Shown piece by piece: positions 48,155 to 59,798 of a stretch of 64,000 bases of DNA (position 1 is the stretch's first letter; each line of letters starts with the position of its first letter). A program made the position numbers and the translations under genes. The notes under the pieces are model-generated. The model made no database searches. It was not told the origin of the DNA and saw only the letters and a program-made list of their open reading frames with translations. Source of the DNA: Lachnospiraceae bacterium (GTDB lineage: Bacteria > Bacillota > Clostridia > Lachnospirales > Lachnospiraceae); contig JAEEGT010000043.1 in the NCBI GenBank assembly GCA_016280465.1, positions 985 to 64,984 on the forward strand, read 5' to 3'.

Positions 48155-48922
48155 ATGTTTAACGACTGGTTACATATCGGCCCCTTCACCGTGCACGGCT
48201 ACGGAGCCTGCATCGCGATAGGGGTTCTTTTGGCTCTTTGGCTGGGCTGCCACAGGGCTAAGAAAAGAAGCATGAGCGAGGACATAGTCTACGGAATGGT
48301 GTTTACCGGAGTTATCCTCGGATTCTTAGGTGCCAAGATCCTTTATCTTATCGTGGAATGGAAGGATTTTATCGCAAATCCTCTGGGAGCCCTTTCTTCC
48401 AGCGGTTTTGTGGTCTTCGGCGGACTGACTCTCGGAATGATCGCCATTTTTTTATACGCAAGGATCAAGAAGGCAGATTTCCTTAAGTACTTTGAGCTTT
48501 GCCTTCCCTCCGTGGCTCTGGGTCAGGCTTTCGGCCGTATCGGCTGTTTTATGGCGGGCTGCTGCTACGGCAAGGAAACGGATTCCTGTATCGGAGTGAC
48601 CTTCCATCATTCGGATTTTGCCCCCAATAACGTAAGCCTCATACCAACACAGCTTATTTCCGCAGGCGGCAATTTCCTTAATATGGCCCTGCTTCTTTTT
48701 ATTTCTTCCAGGACAAAGAAACCGGGAGTGATCCTGGGCTGTTACTTTATTTTCTACAGTATCGGCAGGTTCCTTGTGGAGCTGTTGAGAGATGACCCCC
48801 GCGGCAGTGTGGGCGCCCTTTCCACCTCACAGTTCTATGGTATTTTCATGCTGATCTTCGGTATCGGGATGCTTGTATGGGGATTGAAACATAAGGAGAA
48901 AAGTGCGGATGAAGCGCTATAG
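48155..48922 (+). CDS. lgt: Prolipoprotein diacylglyceryl transferase
   Basis: GQAFGRIGCFMAGCCYG, PTQL, YSIGRFLVELLR. Confidence 0.92.
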   Translation: MFNDWLHIGPFTVHGYGACIAIGVLLALWLGCHRAKKRSMSEDIVYGMVFTGVILGFLGAKILYLIVEWKDFIANPLGALSSSGFVVFGGLTLGMIAIFLYARIKKADFLKYFELCLPSVALGQAFGRIGCFMAGCCYGKETDSCIGVTFHHSDFAPNNVSLIPTQLISAGGNFLNMALLLFISSRTKKPGVILGCYFIFYSIGRFLVELLRDDPRGSVGALSTSQFYGIFMLIFGIGMLVWGLKHKEKSADEAL

Positions 48923-49625
48923 GCGAGAAGACGACAATTCCTATGCTCTGGGCATAACCCTGACTTTTGAACTGTTAAAATATGCCCCCGACAGGGCAAA
49001 GAGGGTCTATATCCACTCCAAGATGCAGGACGGAGAGTCGCTTGAGAAGCTCAAGGCTCTTTGCAAGTCACTGAACGTCCCCATGGAGTACGGCGACAAG
49101 CCCTTTAATATCCTTTCGCAAAAAGAAAACTGTTTCTGTATCGGAGAGTTTGAGAAATTTTCCCGACCTCTTTCCAAAGACGGGTCACATGTGGTACTCC
49201 ATAATCCTTCCAATGCCGGAAATATGGGCACCATCATGCGTTCCGCTGCAGGCTTTGGGGTGACGGACCTTGCCATCATCAAACCGGCGGTGGATGAGTT
49301 CGATCCCAAGACGGTACGGGCATCCATGGGAGCGGTTTTCCATCTGAACATTCAAACCTTTGATTCTTTCGAGGACTACTCCCGGGAGTACGGCGATCGA
49401 AATCTCTATCCCTTTATGCTAAAGGGGCGTGAGACTCTTTCAAATCTTAAGTTTAAGAAACCATTTTCACTTATATTCGGCAATGAAGCCACAGGGCTTC
49501 CCGACTCTTTTCTCAATGTGGGCACGGGAGTCCTTATTTCCCATTCCGACAGGATCGACAGTCTGAACCTGCCCATTGCGGCAAGTATCGCACTTTTCGC
49601 CGCAACGGCGGATGATTTCAGATAA
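48909..49625 (+). CDS. TrmH/SpoU-family RNA methyltransferase
   Basis: NAGNMGTIMRSA, RASMGA, FGNEATGL, DSLNL. Confidence 0.92.
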   Translation: MKRYRREDDNSYALGITLTFELLKYAPDRAKRVYIHSKMQDGESLEKLKALCKSLNVPMEYGDKPFNILSQKENCFCIGEFEKFSRPLSKDGSHVVLHNPSNAGNMGTIMRSAAGFGVTDLAIIKPAVDEFDPKTVRASMGAVFHLNIQTFDSFEDYSREYGDRNLYPFMLKGRETLSNLKFKKPFSLIFGNEATGLPDSFLNVGTGVLISHSDRIDSLNLPIAASIALFAATADDFR

Positions 49626-49683
49626 GACACGGCGGATCTTTGTGTAACTCCGGCACCTGAACCCTTTTATCAGAGGACCAGAT

Positions 49684-50388
49684 ATGGATTCTTTCATCAA
49701 TTTTGAAAATGTAACAAAAGTTTATCAAAGCGGCGAAGTTAAGGCTGTAGCATTGAACGGAGCCTCCTTCACGGTGGAAGAGGGTGAGTTTTGCGTGATC
49801 GTAGGCGCCAGCGGTGCCGGTAAGACCACCATCTTAAATATTCTCGGCGGTATGGATACCCTTACTTCCGGGCGTGTTACGGTGGACGGAAGCGAGATCT
49901 CTTCTTTCGGCAAAAGACAGCTTACCACCTACAGGCGTTACGATGTGGGTTTTGTGTTCCAGTTTTACAATCTGGTGCAGAACCTTACAGCCCTTGAGAA
50001 TGTTGAATTGGCGGCTCAGATCTGTAAGAATCCCTTGCCGGCTGACGATGTTCTTCACAACGTGGGCCTGTGGGATCGCATGAACAATTTCCCGGCTCAG
50101 TTGTCGGGCGGTGAGCAGCAGAGAGTTGCCATAGCCAGAGCTCTTGCCAAGAATCCCAAGCTTCTCCTTTGCGACGAGCCTACGGGTGCTCTTGACTACA
50201 ATACCGGAAAATCCATTTTAAAGCTTCTGCAGGATACCTGCCGTAAGGACGGAAAGACCGTCATCGTCATTACCCACAATCAGGCCATCACACATATGGC
50301 AGACCGTATCATCAGGGTCAAGAGCGGTGTCATCGAATCCGTCGAACTTAACGATAACGTGATCCCCATCGAGGAAATTTCATGGTAA
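49684..50388 (+). CDS. ABC transporter ATP-binding protein (LolD/MacB-like)
   Basis: [26 protein letters not shown]. Confidence 0.96.
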   Translation: MDSFINFENVTKVYQSGEVKAVALNGASFTVEEGEFCVIVGASGAGKTTILNILGGMDTLTSGRVTVDGSEISSFGKRQLTTYRRYDVGFVFQFYNLVQNLTALENVELAAQICKNPLPADDVLHNVGLWDRMNNFPAQLSGGEQQRVAIARALAKNPKLLLCDEPTGALDYNTGKSILKLLQDTCRKDGKTVIVITHNQAITHMADRIIRVKSGVIESVELNDNVIPIEEISW

Positions 50389-53276
50389 AAGAAGCTCTTA
50401 CGAAGAATACCTTTAGAGAGATAAAGCAAAGCTTCGGGCGTTTCCTGGCAATCCTTGCCATAGTTGCGCTGGGAGTCGGTTTTTATGCGGGTCTTTCCGT
50501 TACCAAGGAAGCCATGGTCCGTACCGGGGACGAGTATTTCAGGGAAAACGCTCTTTTCGATCTCAGACTTATTTCCACACTGGGTCTTTATGACGAGGAT
50601 GTGGATGAGATAAAGAAACTGGATTTTGTTACCGAAGCGGAGGGAGCCTACAGCACCGATGCACTGGTGACCATTGGTAATTCCGGCAGTGCGGTGAAGT
50701 TTCTTTCTTTGTCCGACACCATTAACCGTGTCATCGTCACTGAGGGCCGGCTTCCCGAGAATCCCGGCGAGTGTCTGGTGGATGATTTTTTCAGCGGTGA
50801 TCTCATAGGGAAGACCATCCTTCTTTCCGACGGGAACAAACAGGACACTCTCGATATGTTCAAGAACAAAGAGTTTACCGTCACCGGTCGCTGCAAGGCT
50901 GTAGCCTACGTAAATTACGAACGCGGCAACACCACTCTGGGGGACGGAACCCTTTCCGGCTTTGTCTATGTGGCTCCTTCGGAGTTTGATACCGAGTATT
51001 TTACGGAAATATATGCGGTGACAAAGGCGTCTTCCTTAAGGATCTATTCCGATGCCTACAAGGATGAGATGGATATCGAAGAAGAAAAGGCCGAAGACCT
51101 CCTTACAAAACTTGCAGGCGACCGCTACACAGATCTAAAGACCGAGGCCGATGACAGGATCGCGGATGCTGAGCGGGAGATCGCCGATGCGGAGACTAAG
51201 ATCGCGGACGGCGAGGAGAAGCTTGCGGACGGAAAGAAAGAGATCGAAGAGAACGAACAAAAGATAGCCGATGCGGAAAAGGATATCTCCGACGGGGAAA
51301 AGAAACTCGCCGACGGCAGGAAGGAACTGGACAGGGCCGAGAAGGAATTAAACGATGCCAAAGCCTTTCTTCCTCCCGCAATGTATGATGCGCAGCTTTC
51401 GGAAATAAAGAAAGCCCGCAAGGAACTTAAGAACAAAGAAAAAGAGATCGAAGATGCCCGGGCGGACATTGAGGATGCCAGGGTCAAGATAGAGGATGCC
51501 AAGAAAGAAATTGCGGAGCACGAGGCAGAGATTGCCGATGCAAAGATCGAAGTAGCCGACGGCAAAGAGAAGCTTGAGGATGCCAAAGAAAAGCTTAAGG
51601 ATTTAAAGGAGCCGGATGTCTATGTGCTCACCCGTTCCACCAATATAGGATATGTGTGCTTTGACAACGATTCTTCCATTGTGGAAGGTCTGGCGGATGT
51701 GTTCCCCCTGTTCTTTTTCCTGGTGGCGGCTCTTGTATGTATGACCACCATGAACCGAATGGTAGAGGAGCAGCGTACGCAGATTGGCGTCATGAAGGCA
51801 CTGGGTTATGCCGAAAGATCCATCATGGGCAAGTACCTGTTTTACTCGGGAAGTGCCGCAATGGTGGGCTGTATCATAGGATTTCTCGGGGGTTCCTATA
51901 TATTCCCCTCAGTTATCTGGACGGCCTACGATATCATGTACAACATGAAGCCCATCGTGTTTGTCTTTGATGTAAAGTACGCCATCATATCCGTTGTTGT
52001 GAGTATCATCTGCTCCATGGGTGCCACCTACGCAACCCTTCACGGAGAGTTAAGGAGCCAGGCAGCAGACCTTATAAGGCCCAAGGCTCCCGCAAGCGGA
52101 AAGCGCGTTTTCCTTGAAAAGATAGGATTTTTCTGGAAGAGATTGAGCTTTACCGGCAAGGTTTCCGTAAGGAACGTATTCAGGTACAAGAAACGTTTCT
52201 TCATGATGATCCTGGGGGTTGGCGGCTGTTATGCCCTGCTTCTTACGGGTCTTGGTATCAACGATTCCATTACCGGCATCACCGACAGTCAGTTCAAAAA
52301 GATCCAGAATATCGATATAACCGTGAACTTCGGTGACAGTGTCTCCGAGGAGGATTTTGATAAATTCGAAGGTGTTCTTTCGTCCGGGGACAAATACCTT
52401 TATGCAAGAGTCAAGACTGTTGATACGGTGTTTGACGGCAAACAGAAAAGCACTATCCTGTCGGTTTCTTCCAAGGGAAGCGACGGTGTCACCATGTCCG
52501 ATTTCATGAATTACATGGATGTAAAAGAAAATCCCATCTCTTTGCCGGGTTACGGTGAAGTTGTGATCTCTTCGCCCATGGCGGGGGATCTTGGTATCGA
52601 AGTTGGGGATGACATCGTGTTAAGGGATCCGGATCTTAAGGAGATTAAGGTCAGAGTTTCCGGCATCATGTTAAATTACGTGAATCATCTGGCCTATATA
52701 ACCGAAGAGACTTACGTGGATGCCATGAAGGAAGATTTCAGGGTCAATACCGCATATCTTCGCACCGATGAAGATGTTTACGCCACCGGTGCAGCGGTTT
52801 CGGATCTTGAATGTGTCACTTCCGTAAGCATCACCGATGAAATGGTACGCCGTGTGGACAAGATGCTTGAAAGCATGAAGTACGTGGTATGGCTTACCAT
52901 AGTTTCGGCGGCGGCTCTTGCTTTTATCGTTATGTATAACCTCACGAACATAAATATCACCGAGCGTATCCGGGAGATAGCAACACTTAAGGTCCTCGGC
53001 TTCTATCCCAAAGAGACCAATATATATGTGTTCAGGGAGAATTTCGTGCTCACTGCCATCGGTATAGTGGCGGGAGTGTTCATGGGTATCGGCCTCCACT
53101 GGTACGTAATGCGTAACATCAGGGTGGATCTGGTTTCTTTTGACGTAAAGATCCTTCCCGTAAGTTTCATTATGGCAGTGCTTTTAACGTTTCTTTATGC
53201 TATATTTGTAGATGTGGTACTTTCAGGTAAACTTGAAAGGATACACATGGCGGAATCATTGAAGTCGGTTGAATAG
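50382..53276 (+). CDS. ABC transporter permease (FtsX/MacB-like) with extracellular coiled coil
   Basis: EQRTQIGVMKALG and ERIREIATLKVLG FtsX motifs; heptad IADA/LADG repeats. Confidence 0.92.
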   Translation: MVKEALTKNTFREIKQSFGRFLAILAIVALGVGFYAGLSVTKEAMVRTGDEYFRENALFDLRLISTLGLYDEDVDEIKKLDFVTEAEGAYSTDALVTIGNSGSAVKFLSLSDTINRVIVTEGRLPENPGECLVDDFFSGDLIGKTILLSDGNKQDTLDMFKNKEFTVTGRCKAVAYVNYERGNTTLGDGTLSGFVYVAPSEFDTEYFTEIYAVTKASSLRIYSDAYKDEMDIEEEKAEDLLTKLAGDRYTDLKTEADDRIADAEREIADAETKIADGEEKLADGKKEIEENEQKIADAEKDISDGEKKLADGRKELDRAEKELNDAKAFLPPAMYDAQLSEIKKARKELKNKEKEIEDARADIEDARVKIEDAKKEIAEHEAEIADAKIEVADGKEKLEDAKEKLKDLKEPDVYVLTRSTNIGYVCFDNDSSIVEGLADVFPLFFFLVAALVCMTTMNRMVEEQRTQIGVMKALGYAERSIMGKYLFYSGSAAMVGCIIGFLGGSYIFPSVIWTAYDIMYNMKPIVFVFDVKYAIISVVVSIICSMGATYATLHGELRSQAADLIRPKAPASGKRVFLEKIGFFWKRLSFTGKVSVRNVFRYKKRFFMMILGVGGCYALLLTGLGINDSITGITDSQFKKIQNIDITVNFGDSVSEEDFDKFEGVLSSGDKYLYARVKTVDTVFDGKQKSTILSVSSKGSDGVTMSDFMNYMDVKENPISLPGYGEVVISSPMAGDLGIEVGDDIVLRDPDLKEIKVRVSGIMLNYVNHLAYITEETYVDAMKEDFRVNTAYLRTDEDVYATGAAVSDLECVTSVSITDEMVRRVDKMLESMKYVVWLTIVSAAALAFIVMYNLTNINITERIREIATLKVLGFYPKETNIYVFRENFVLTAIGIVAGVFMGIGLHWYVMRNIRVDLVSFDVKILPVSFIMAVLLTFLYAIFVDVVLSGKLERIHMAESLKSVE

Positions 53277-53353
53277 TTCGGCTTATTTTCTGCGAGACGA
53301 GCGTCGCCTGAACGGACATAATTAAACCAATATATAAACAGGAGAGTGACAAC

Positions 53354-54952
53354 ATGAGCGAATCAGCAAAGAAACTCATCGAAGACGGCAAGGCCGTTCT
53401 GGGAATCGAATTCGGTTCCACAAGGATCAAAGCGGTCCTGGTGGATGAGAACAACAATCCCATCGCTTCCGGAAGCCATGAGTGGGAAAACCACTTTGAA
53501 AACGGCGTCTGGACCTACCCCATGGATGAGATCCATGCGGGTCTTAAGTCCTGCTACAAGGACCTTAAGAAGGATGTTTCCGAAAAGTACGGCGTGAAGT
53601 TAACACGTCTTGCGGCTGTGGGCATCAGTGCCATGATGCACGGATACCTTGCTTTTGACAAGAACGGAAAGCTTCTGGTTCCCTTCAGGACCTGGAGGAA
53701 TACCATTACCGAAGAAGCGGCTGCGAAGCTTACCGCACTCTTTAACTATAATATCCCCCAGCGCTGGAGCATCGCTCATCTTTACCAGGCCATTCTTAAC
53801 AAGGAACCTCATGTCAAGGATATTGCTTTCCAGACCACCCTTGCGGGATACATTCATTACATGCTTACCGGCAGGAAAGTAATGGGCGTGGGTGAGGCAT
53901 CCGGTATGTTCCCCATCGATACAGCCACCGGCGATTTTGATGCTTCTATGGTTTCAAAATTCGATGAACTTTTGAAAAAAGAAGGTTTGACCTATACCCT
54001 TAAGGATATCTTCCCCACCGTTCTTTCCGCAGGTGAGGATGCGGGAACCCTTACCAAAGAAGGAGCTCTCTTCATAGACGAAGACGGCGAACTTGAAGCA
54101 GGTGCCAAGGTCGCTCCCTGTGAAGGCGATGCAGGCACGGGAATGGTTGCCACCAATGCGGTCAAGGTCCGCACCGGTAACGTGTCCGCAGGTACCAGCG
54201 TATTTGCCATGGTCGTTCTCGAGAAGCCCCTTTCCAAGGTTTACGAAGAGATCGATCTTGTGACTACTCCCTCCGGGGATCTGGTAGGTATGGTACACTG
54301 CAACAACTGTACTTCAGACCTCAATGCCTGGGTTGGCCTTTTCAAGGAATCCCTGGAAGCTTACGGTGTTTCCGTTGACATGAACAAGCTCTTCGGAACC
54401 CTTTACAACAAAGCTCTGGAGGGCGACAAGGACTGCGGCGGTCTCATTTCCTTTAACTATTTCTCCGGCGAGGGCGTTACCCATTTTGATGAAGGTCGTC
54501 CCCTTTTCGTACGCGAGCAGAATGCAAAGGTAAATCTTGCAAACTTCATGAGATCAAATCTTTACGCAAGCCTTGCAACCCTTAAGATCGGCTGTGATAT
54601 CCTTCTTAAGCAGGAAGGAGTCAAGGTGGATTCCATCACCGGCCACGGCGGGCTCTTTAAGACCAAGGGTGTGGGACAGACCATTCTTTCCGCAGCACTC
54701 AACACCCCTGTTTCCGTAATGGAGACCGCAGGTGAAGGCGGTGCCTGGGGCATGGCGGTCCTTGCTAATTATCTCATTCAGAAGGAGCAGGGTGAGACCC
54801 TTCCCGATTATCTTAACAACAAGGTATTTGCGGGCATGAAAGCGGAAACTCTTACCGCTTCCCCCGAGGACGTTAAGGGCTTCGACGAGTATGCAAAGAA
54901 ATATGCCGAGGCTCTGGCGGTTGAACGCGCAGCGATCGGCGCAGTGAAGTAA
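53354..54952 (+). CDS. FGGY-family pentulose kinase (probable L-ribulokinase)
   Basis: [38 protein letters not shown]; adjacent to araD. Confidence 0.85.
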   Translation: MSESAKKLIEDGKAVLGIEFGSTRIKAVLVDENNNPIASGSHEWENHFENGVWTYPMDEIHAGLKSCYKDLKKDVSEKYGVKLTRLAAVGISAMMHGYLAFDKNGKLLVPFRTWRNTITEEAAAKLTALFNYNIPQRWSIAHLYQAILNKEPHVKDIAFQTTLAGYIHYMLTGRKVMGVGEASGMFPIDTATGDFDASMVSKFDELLKKEGLTYTLKDIFPTVLSAGEDAGTLTKEGALFIDEDGELEAGAKVAPCEGDAGTGMVATNAVKVRTGNVSAGTSVFAMVVLEKPLSKVYEEIDLVTTPSGDLVGMVHCNNCTSDLNAWVGLFKESLEAYGVSVDMNKLFGTLYNKALEGDKDCGGLISFNYFSGEGVTHFDEGRPLFVREQNAKVNLANFMRSNLYASLATLKIGCDILLKQEGVKVDSITGHGGLFKTKGVGQTILSAALNTPVSVMETAGEGGAWGMAVLANYLIQKEQGETLPDYLNNKVFAGMKAETLTASPEDVKGFDEYAKKYAEALAVERAAIGAVK

Positions 54953-55021
54953 TGTTATTCTGAACCGGCGTAAGCGGGTCGAAGGATCTTATATGTATCA
55001 CAGCATTAATAAGGAGTCACA

Positions 55022-55711
55022 ATGTTAAGAGAACTCAAACAGCAAGTTTACGAAGCAAACATGCTTCTTCCCAAGTATGAGCTTGTTACTTTTACCTGGG
55101 GCAATGTCAGCGGTATCGACCGCGAAAGGGGTCTGTTCGTTATCAAACCCAGCGGTGTCGACTATGACAAACTCACTCCCGAAGACATGGTGGTAATGGA
55201 TCTTGACGGAAACAGAGTTGAAGGAAAGTACAAGCCCTCATCCGATACCCCCACTCACCTTGAACTTTACCGGGCGTTTCCCAATATCGGAGGTATCGTC
55301 CATACTCATTCTTCTTACGCCACCAGCTGGGCTCAGTCCGGGCGCAACATCCCCTGCTACGGCACCACCCATGCGGATTATATCTACGGAGATGTTCCCT
55401 GTCTTCGGTGTCTTACCAAAGAAGAGATCGATGAAGCCTATGAGACCAACACCGGCCTTTTGATCGTGGACTATTTCAAGGACAAGGATTATTCCGCCGT
55501 TCCCGCAGTGCTTTGCAAGAATCACGGTCCCTTCACCTGGGGTAAGGATGCCCACGAGGCGGTACACAATGCGGTAGTCCTTGAGGAAGTTGCCAAGATG
55601 GCCTTCAGGACCGAACTCATCAATCCCGAGGTAAAGCCTGCGCCTCAGGAGCTGCAGGACAAGCATTATCTGAGGAAGCACGGCAAGAACGCTTATTACG
55701 GACAAAATTAG
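55022..55711 (+). CDS. araD: L-ribulose-5-phosphate 4-epimerase
   Basis: [36 protein letters not shown]. Confidence 0.96.
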   Translation: MLRELKQQVYEANMLLPKYELVTFTWGNVSGIDRERGLFVIKPSGVDYDKLTPEDMVVMDLDGNRVEGKYKPSSDTPTHLELYRAFPNIGGIVHTHSSYATSWAQSGRNIPCYGTTHADYIYGDVPCLRCLTKEEIDEAYETNTGLLIVDYFKDKDYSAVPAVLCKNHGPFTWGKDAHEAVHNAVVLEEVAKMAFRTELINPEVKPAPQELQDKHYLRKHGKNAYYGQN

Positions 55712-55829
55712 CAATATTCGGCAAGTTTTTAACAAGAATGCACATAGTTTGCAGGTGTAAACTATGCTAATCTACAAGAAGAACAAGAGTATAGCCCCGT
55801 AGAGACTATACAGTAAATGAGGAGGACTT

Positions 55830-56666
55830 ATGACTAACTTAGAGCTTCAAAAAATGGCCAACGAAGTTCGTAAGGGTATAGTTACCGCCACTCATGCCGC
55901 AAAGTGCGGACATCCCGGCGGATCGCTTTCGGCAGCAGACATCTATACCTATCTCTACTTCGAAGAAATGAACATAGACCCCAAGAACCCCAAGATGGAG
56001 AACAGAGACCGCTTTGTTCTTTCCAAGGGTCACACCGCTCCGGGTCTTTATGCCACACTTGCCAACAGAGGTTATTTCCCTGTTGAGGATCTTACCACTC
56101 TTCGTAAGCTTGGTTCCTATCTTCAGGGTCATCCCTGTCTCCAGCATGTTCCCGGCGTGGACATGTCCAGCGGATCCCTTGGTCAGGGTATTTCCGCAGC
56201 CGTAGGCATGGCTCTCGGTGCCCGCATGCAGGGTAAGGACTACAGAGTTTACACCCTTATCGGCGATGGTGAGAGTGAAGAAGGACAGGTTTGGGAAGCT
56301 TGCATGTTCGCAGGCCACAGGAAGCTTGACAATCTCTGCGTTATCCTTGACTACAACGGACTTCAGATAGACGGTAAGCTCGAGGATGTATGTTCCGCAG
56401 AGCCTTTCGAAGATAAATTCAAGGCTTTCCGCTTCCACGTTATCAACATCGACGCTCACGACTTCGACCAGATCCGTGCAGCATTTAAGGAAGCAAGAGA
56501 GACCAAGGGTCAGCCCACCGTTATCATTGCTCATTCCTTAAAAGGTAAGGGAGTTTCCTTCATGGAAGGAAGCATCGAATGGCACGGCAAGGCACCCAAC
56601 GACGAGCAGTATGCCATCGCCATGGCAGACCTTGAGAAAGTAGGTGAAGCATTATGTCAGAAGTAA
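55830..56666 (+). CDS. Transketolase, N-terminal (TPP-binding) subunit
   Basis: GHPGGS, DRFVLSKGH, GSLGQG, GDGE...WEA, WHG. Confidence 0.93.
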   Translation: MTNLELQKMANEVRKGIVTATHAAKCGHPGGSLSAADIYTYLYFEEMNIDPKNPKMENRDRFVLSKGHTAPGLYATLANRGYFPVEDLTTLRKLGSYLQGHPCLQHVPGVDMSSGSLGQGISAAVGMALGARMQGKDYRVYTLIGDGESEEGQVWEACMFAGHRKLDNLCVILDYNGLQIDGKLEDVCSAEPFEDKFKAFRFHVINIDAHDFDQIRAAFKEARETKGQPTVIIAHSLKGKGVSFMEGSIEWHGKAPNDEQYAIAMADLEKVGEALCQK

Positions 56667-57598
56667 TCAAGATCGCAACCAGAGAAAGTTACGGTAATGC
56701 TTTAAAGGAACTTGGAGCTGAGTATCCCAACCTTGTGGTACTTGACGCAGACCTTGCTGCAGCTACAAAGACCGGTGTATTCAAGAAGGCATTTCCCGAA
56801 AGACATATTGACTGCGGTATCGCAGAGTGCAACATGATGGGCATAGCTGCAGGTCTTTCTTTGACAGGCCTCATTCCCTTTGCATCTTCTTTTGCCATGT
56901 TTGCCGCAGGCCGTGCTTTCGAGCAGGTTCGTAACTCCATCGGTTATCCTCACTTGAATGTTAAGATCGGTGCGACTCACGCCGGAATCACCGTAGGTGA
57001 AGACGGTGCCAGCCACCAGTGTAACGAAGATATCGCTTTGATGCGCACCATCCCCGGAATGGTGGTTATGTGTCCTTCCGATGATGTTGAGGCCAAAGCA
57101 GCGGTTCGTGCCGCAGTTGAGTACGTAGGCCCCGTTTACATCCGTTTCGGACGTGCCGCAGTGCCCGTTATCAACGATCGTCCCGATTACAAGTTTGAGA
57201 TCGGCAAGGGTGTTCTTTTAAGAGAAGGCAAGGATGTTACCATCGTAGCTACCGGTATCTGTGTTGATTCCGCACTTACCGCAGCAGAGATGCTGGCTGC
57301 AGACGGCATCAGCGCCGAGGTTATCAACATCCATACCATTAAGCCCCTTGACGAGGACATCATCGTCAACAGTGCAAAGAAGACCGGCAAGGTCGTAACC
57401 GTTGAGGAACATTCCGTTATCGGCGGTCTCGGCTCCGCAGTCTGCGACGCTCTTTGCGCAAAGCACCCCGTACCCGTTAAGAAACTTGGTATGCAGGATG
57501 TCTTCGGTGAGTCCGGTTCCGCAGCCGCTCTTGTTGAGAAGTACAAACTCGACGGAAAGGGCGTATACGGAGATGTAAAGGCATTCCTCGGGAAGTAA
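56654..57598 (+). CDS. Transketolase, C-terminal subunit
   Basis: DADL, GIAE, GEDGASHQ, YIRFGR, VEEHSVIGGLGS. Confidence 0.93.
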   Translation: MSEVIKIATRESYGNALKELGAEYPNLVVLDADLAAATKTGVFKKAFPERHIDCGIAECNMMGIAAGLSLTGLIPFASSFAMFAAGRAFEQVRNSIGYPHLNVKIGATHAGITVGEDGASHQCNEDIALMRTIPGMVVMCPSDDVEAKAAVRAAVEYVGPVYIRFGRAAVPVINDRPDYKFEIGKGVLLREGKDVTIVATGICVDSALTAAEMLAADGISAEVINIHTIKPLDEDIIVNSAKKTGKVVTVEEHSVIGGLGSAVCDALCAKHPVPVKKLGMQDVFGESGSAAALVEKYKLDGKGVYGDVKAFLGK

Positions 57599-57654
57599 TT
57601 TCTGCCGCACTTATCGCGCAGTTTTCTCAGACAAAAAGATAATAGATTCCATTC

Positions 57655-57690
57655 GCGGCCCCGGAGATATTCCGGGGTCGTTTTTTGTTT
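57655..57690 (+). terminator. Intrinsic terminator after transketolase
   Basis: GCGGCCCCGGA-gatat-TCCGGGGTCGT plus T tract. Confidence 0.85.
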
Positions 57691-57796
57691 CTTTTTTCTA
57701 ATATTTCTTTAATAGGTGTAAAATATACTTATAAAGTTAAGGCATCTGTGTGTATTGGCTGACAATGGCACCATATACCTTTAAAGGAGAAGACTT

Positions 57797-59782
57797 ATGG
57801 AGAAAAAGCAAAAGAACAAAAAGATTAAGAACAAACTGCTGATTTTTCTGTTGCCTGCTGTAGTTGTGACCATTCTTTTACTGGTTGTTCTTTCGGCATT
57901 TCTGTCGGGAAAGAGCTTAAGGGAAATGGCAACTTCGGAGCTGGATTCCTCCATATCCAATCAGGCTGACAACATAGAGGCCTGGCTTACGGAGAATCTG
58001 CAGAATTTTAACACCGTCAAGCTGATGGTGGAAAGATCAAAGCCCGACGATGCCGCAATGCAGGACATGATGGATGCCTGCTACGGTTTTAACGGCTATT
58101 GCAAGAACGGTCCATACATCGCTCTTGGAAACGGCAAGGTATTTAAGGCTGCAGGATCCACCAAAGTTACGGACAATCCCACATCAAGAGAGTGGTTCAA
58201 ACAGGGTCTTACCCGTGTGAACCTTGCTTACGGCAGCACCTATGTGGATGCCGACGGCACCCAGGTCATCAGTGCATCCGGACTGATCAATGACGGCTCC
58301 GGTGAAGTTAAAGTATTTGCGGCGGACCTTACTCTGGATCAGATAAGCGTCATAGTCAATTCCAGGGTCAAGATGGACAATGCCGCTTCCTTCCTTGTGG
58401 ACGTGATGGACAAGACCATCCTGGCTCACAGAGATGTGGCAAGGGTTTCCACCAAGCTTACTTCAAGCGACAGCGACAAAATGATGGCTGAAGTGGCAAA
58501 GAGGATCACAGCAAGGAACTACGCCGGTATGGATGCGGACGGCTATGTGGTTGCTTTTAAGACCATATCCGGAACGGACTGGGTACTGGTTTCCTATGTA
58601 TCACAGAAGACCATCATGCAGAATGTGACAAAGCTTATCTGGACACTTGCAGCGGTGGGAATCGCGGCCATAGTCCTTATCATATTGATAATACAGATCG
58701 TGGTAACAAGGGTCGTAGCACCCCTTGGTTCCATCACAAAGAACATTGCGGCCATGTCCGAAGGTGATTTCACCATCGAAGTAAAAGAAGAAAGTGACGA
58801 CGAGATCGGAGTCATGGGCGGCAAAGTACGGGAATTTGTGGATTCCATGCGTCGTATGCTTGCTTCCATCAGTGATGAATCCGAGAAACTGAAAGATGAG
58901 TCCGACAGTTCCGCAGAGGTTTCAAAGGATATGTTCGAAGCCTCACAGGCACAGTCCGAAGCAATGCAGAATCTTAACAATACCGTGGATCAGCTGGCGG
59001 TTGCTGTCAACGAGATAGCGGAGAGCGCCACCACTCTTGCCATGGTTGTTTCCGATACTAGGGAAAATTCCAATCAGGCCAATGACAGCATGAAGGAAGC
59101 CGTTGAGATTAGCAAGAAGGGCCGCAAGGATATGGAACAGCTGGCCATCGCCATGGAAGACATCAAGAACAGCAACAATGAGCTGGTTGAATCCATTAAC
59201 GAAGTCGGCAAGGCCTCCGAGGAGATCACCAAGATCGTGGGTCTTATCGCAGAGATCGCGGAAGAGACCAACCTTCTTTCTCTTAACGCAAGTATTGAGG
59301 CCGCTAGAGCAGGGGAAACCGGACGAGGATTTGCCGTGGTTGCTACCGAGATCGGTAAGCTTGCCCAGAATTCGGCTCAGAGCGCAGACAATATCTCAAA
59401 GCTCATCAATGATGTCCGGGATGCGATCGAAGCGGTTGTTTCCCAGGCAGAGACAAGCGCCCAGAACATTGAAAAGAACAGCGAACTTATCAATACAGCT
59501 GTTGATACCTTCGGAAAGATCTATGAGAACATCGAGAAATCCAATGAACTCCTTGACCTGATGATCCAGGATGTTCAGAAGGTTGACGATGTTGCCACCA
59601 ATGTTGCCGCCATTTCCGAGGAACAGGCTGCCAGCACGGATGAGATCCTTGAGACCAGCCGCCAGATGGTGGAACAGGCCAACGGCATCACCAAGAGCAG
59701 CCAGGATGTTGCGGACAACTCCCACGAGCTGGCAAAGACGTCGGATACACTTACGTCTTACGTTCAGCAGTTTAAGATCTGA
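57797..59782 (+). CDS. Methyl-accepting chemotaxis protein (Cache sensor, HAMP)
   Basis: Two TMs, REWF Cache motif, GDFT...[35 protein letters not shown]. Confidence 0.96.
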   Translation: MEKKQKNKKIKNKLLIFLLPAVVVTILLLVVLSAFLSGKSLREMATSELDSSISNQADNIEAWLTENLQNFNTVKLMVERSKPDDAAMQDMMDACYGFNGYCKNGPYIALGNGKVFKAAGSTKVTDNPTSREWFKQGLTRVNLAYGSTYVDADGTQVISASGLINDGSGEVKVFAADLTLDQISVIVNSRVKMDNAASFLVDVMDKTILAHRDVARVSTKLTSSDSDKMMAEVAKRITARNYAGMDADGYVVAFKTISGTDWVLVSYVSQKTIMQNVTKLIWTLAAVGIAAIVLIILIIQIVVTRVVAPLGSITKNIAAMSEGDFTIEVKEESDDEIGVMGGKVREFVDSMRRMLASISDESEKLKDESDSSAEVSKDMFEASQAQSEAMQNLNNTVDQLAVAVNEIAESATTLAMVVSDTRENSNQANDSMKEAVEISKKGRKDMEQLAIAMEDIKNSNNELVESINEVGKASEEITKIVGLIAEIAEETNLLSLNASIEAARAGETGRGFAVVATEIGKLAQNSAQSADNISKLINDVRDAIEAVVSQAETSAQNIEKNSELINTAVDTFGKIYENIEKSNELLDLMIQDVQKVDDVATNVAAISEEQAASTDEILETSRQMVEQANGITKSSQDVADNSHELAKTSDTLTSYVQQFKI

Positions 59783-59798
59783 TAAGGAGGATCTGATA

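Noticed and set aside
51150-51600. Heptad repeats in the ABC permease
   Set aside because: Coiled coil typical of this FtsX-like permease family, not a DNA repeat element
57738-57765. Possible sigma28 promoter before the MCP (TAAG-16 nt-GCTGACAA)
   Set aside because: Three mismatches to consensus; too weak to call
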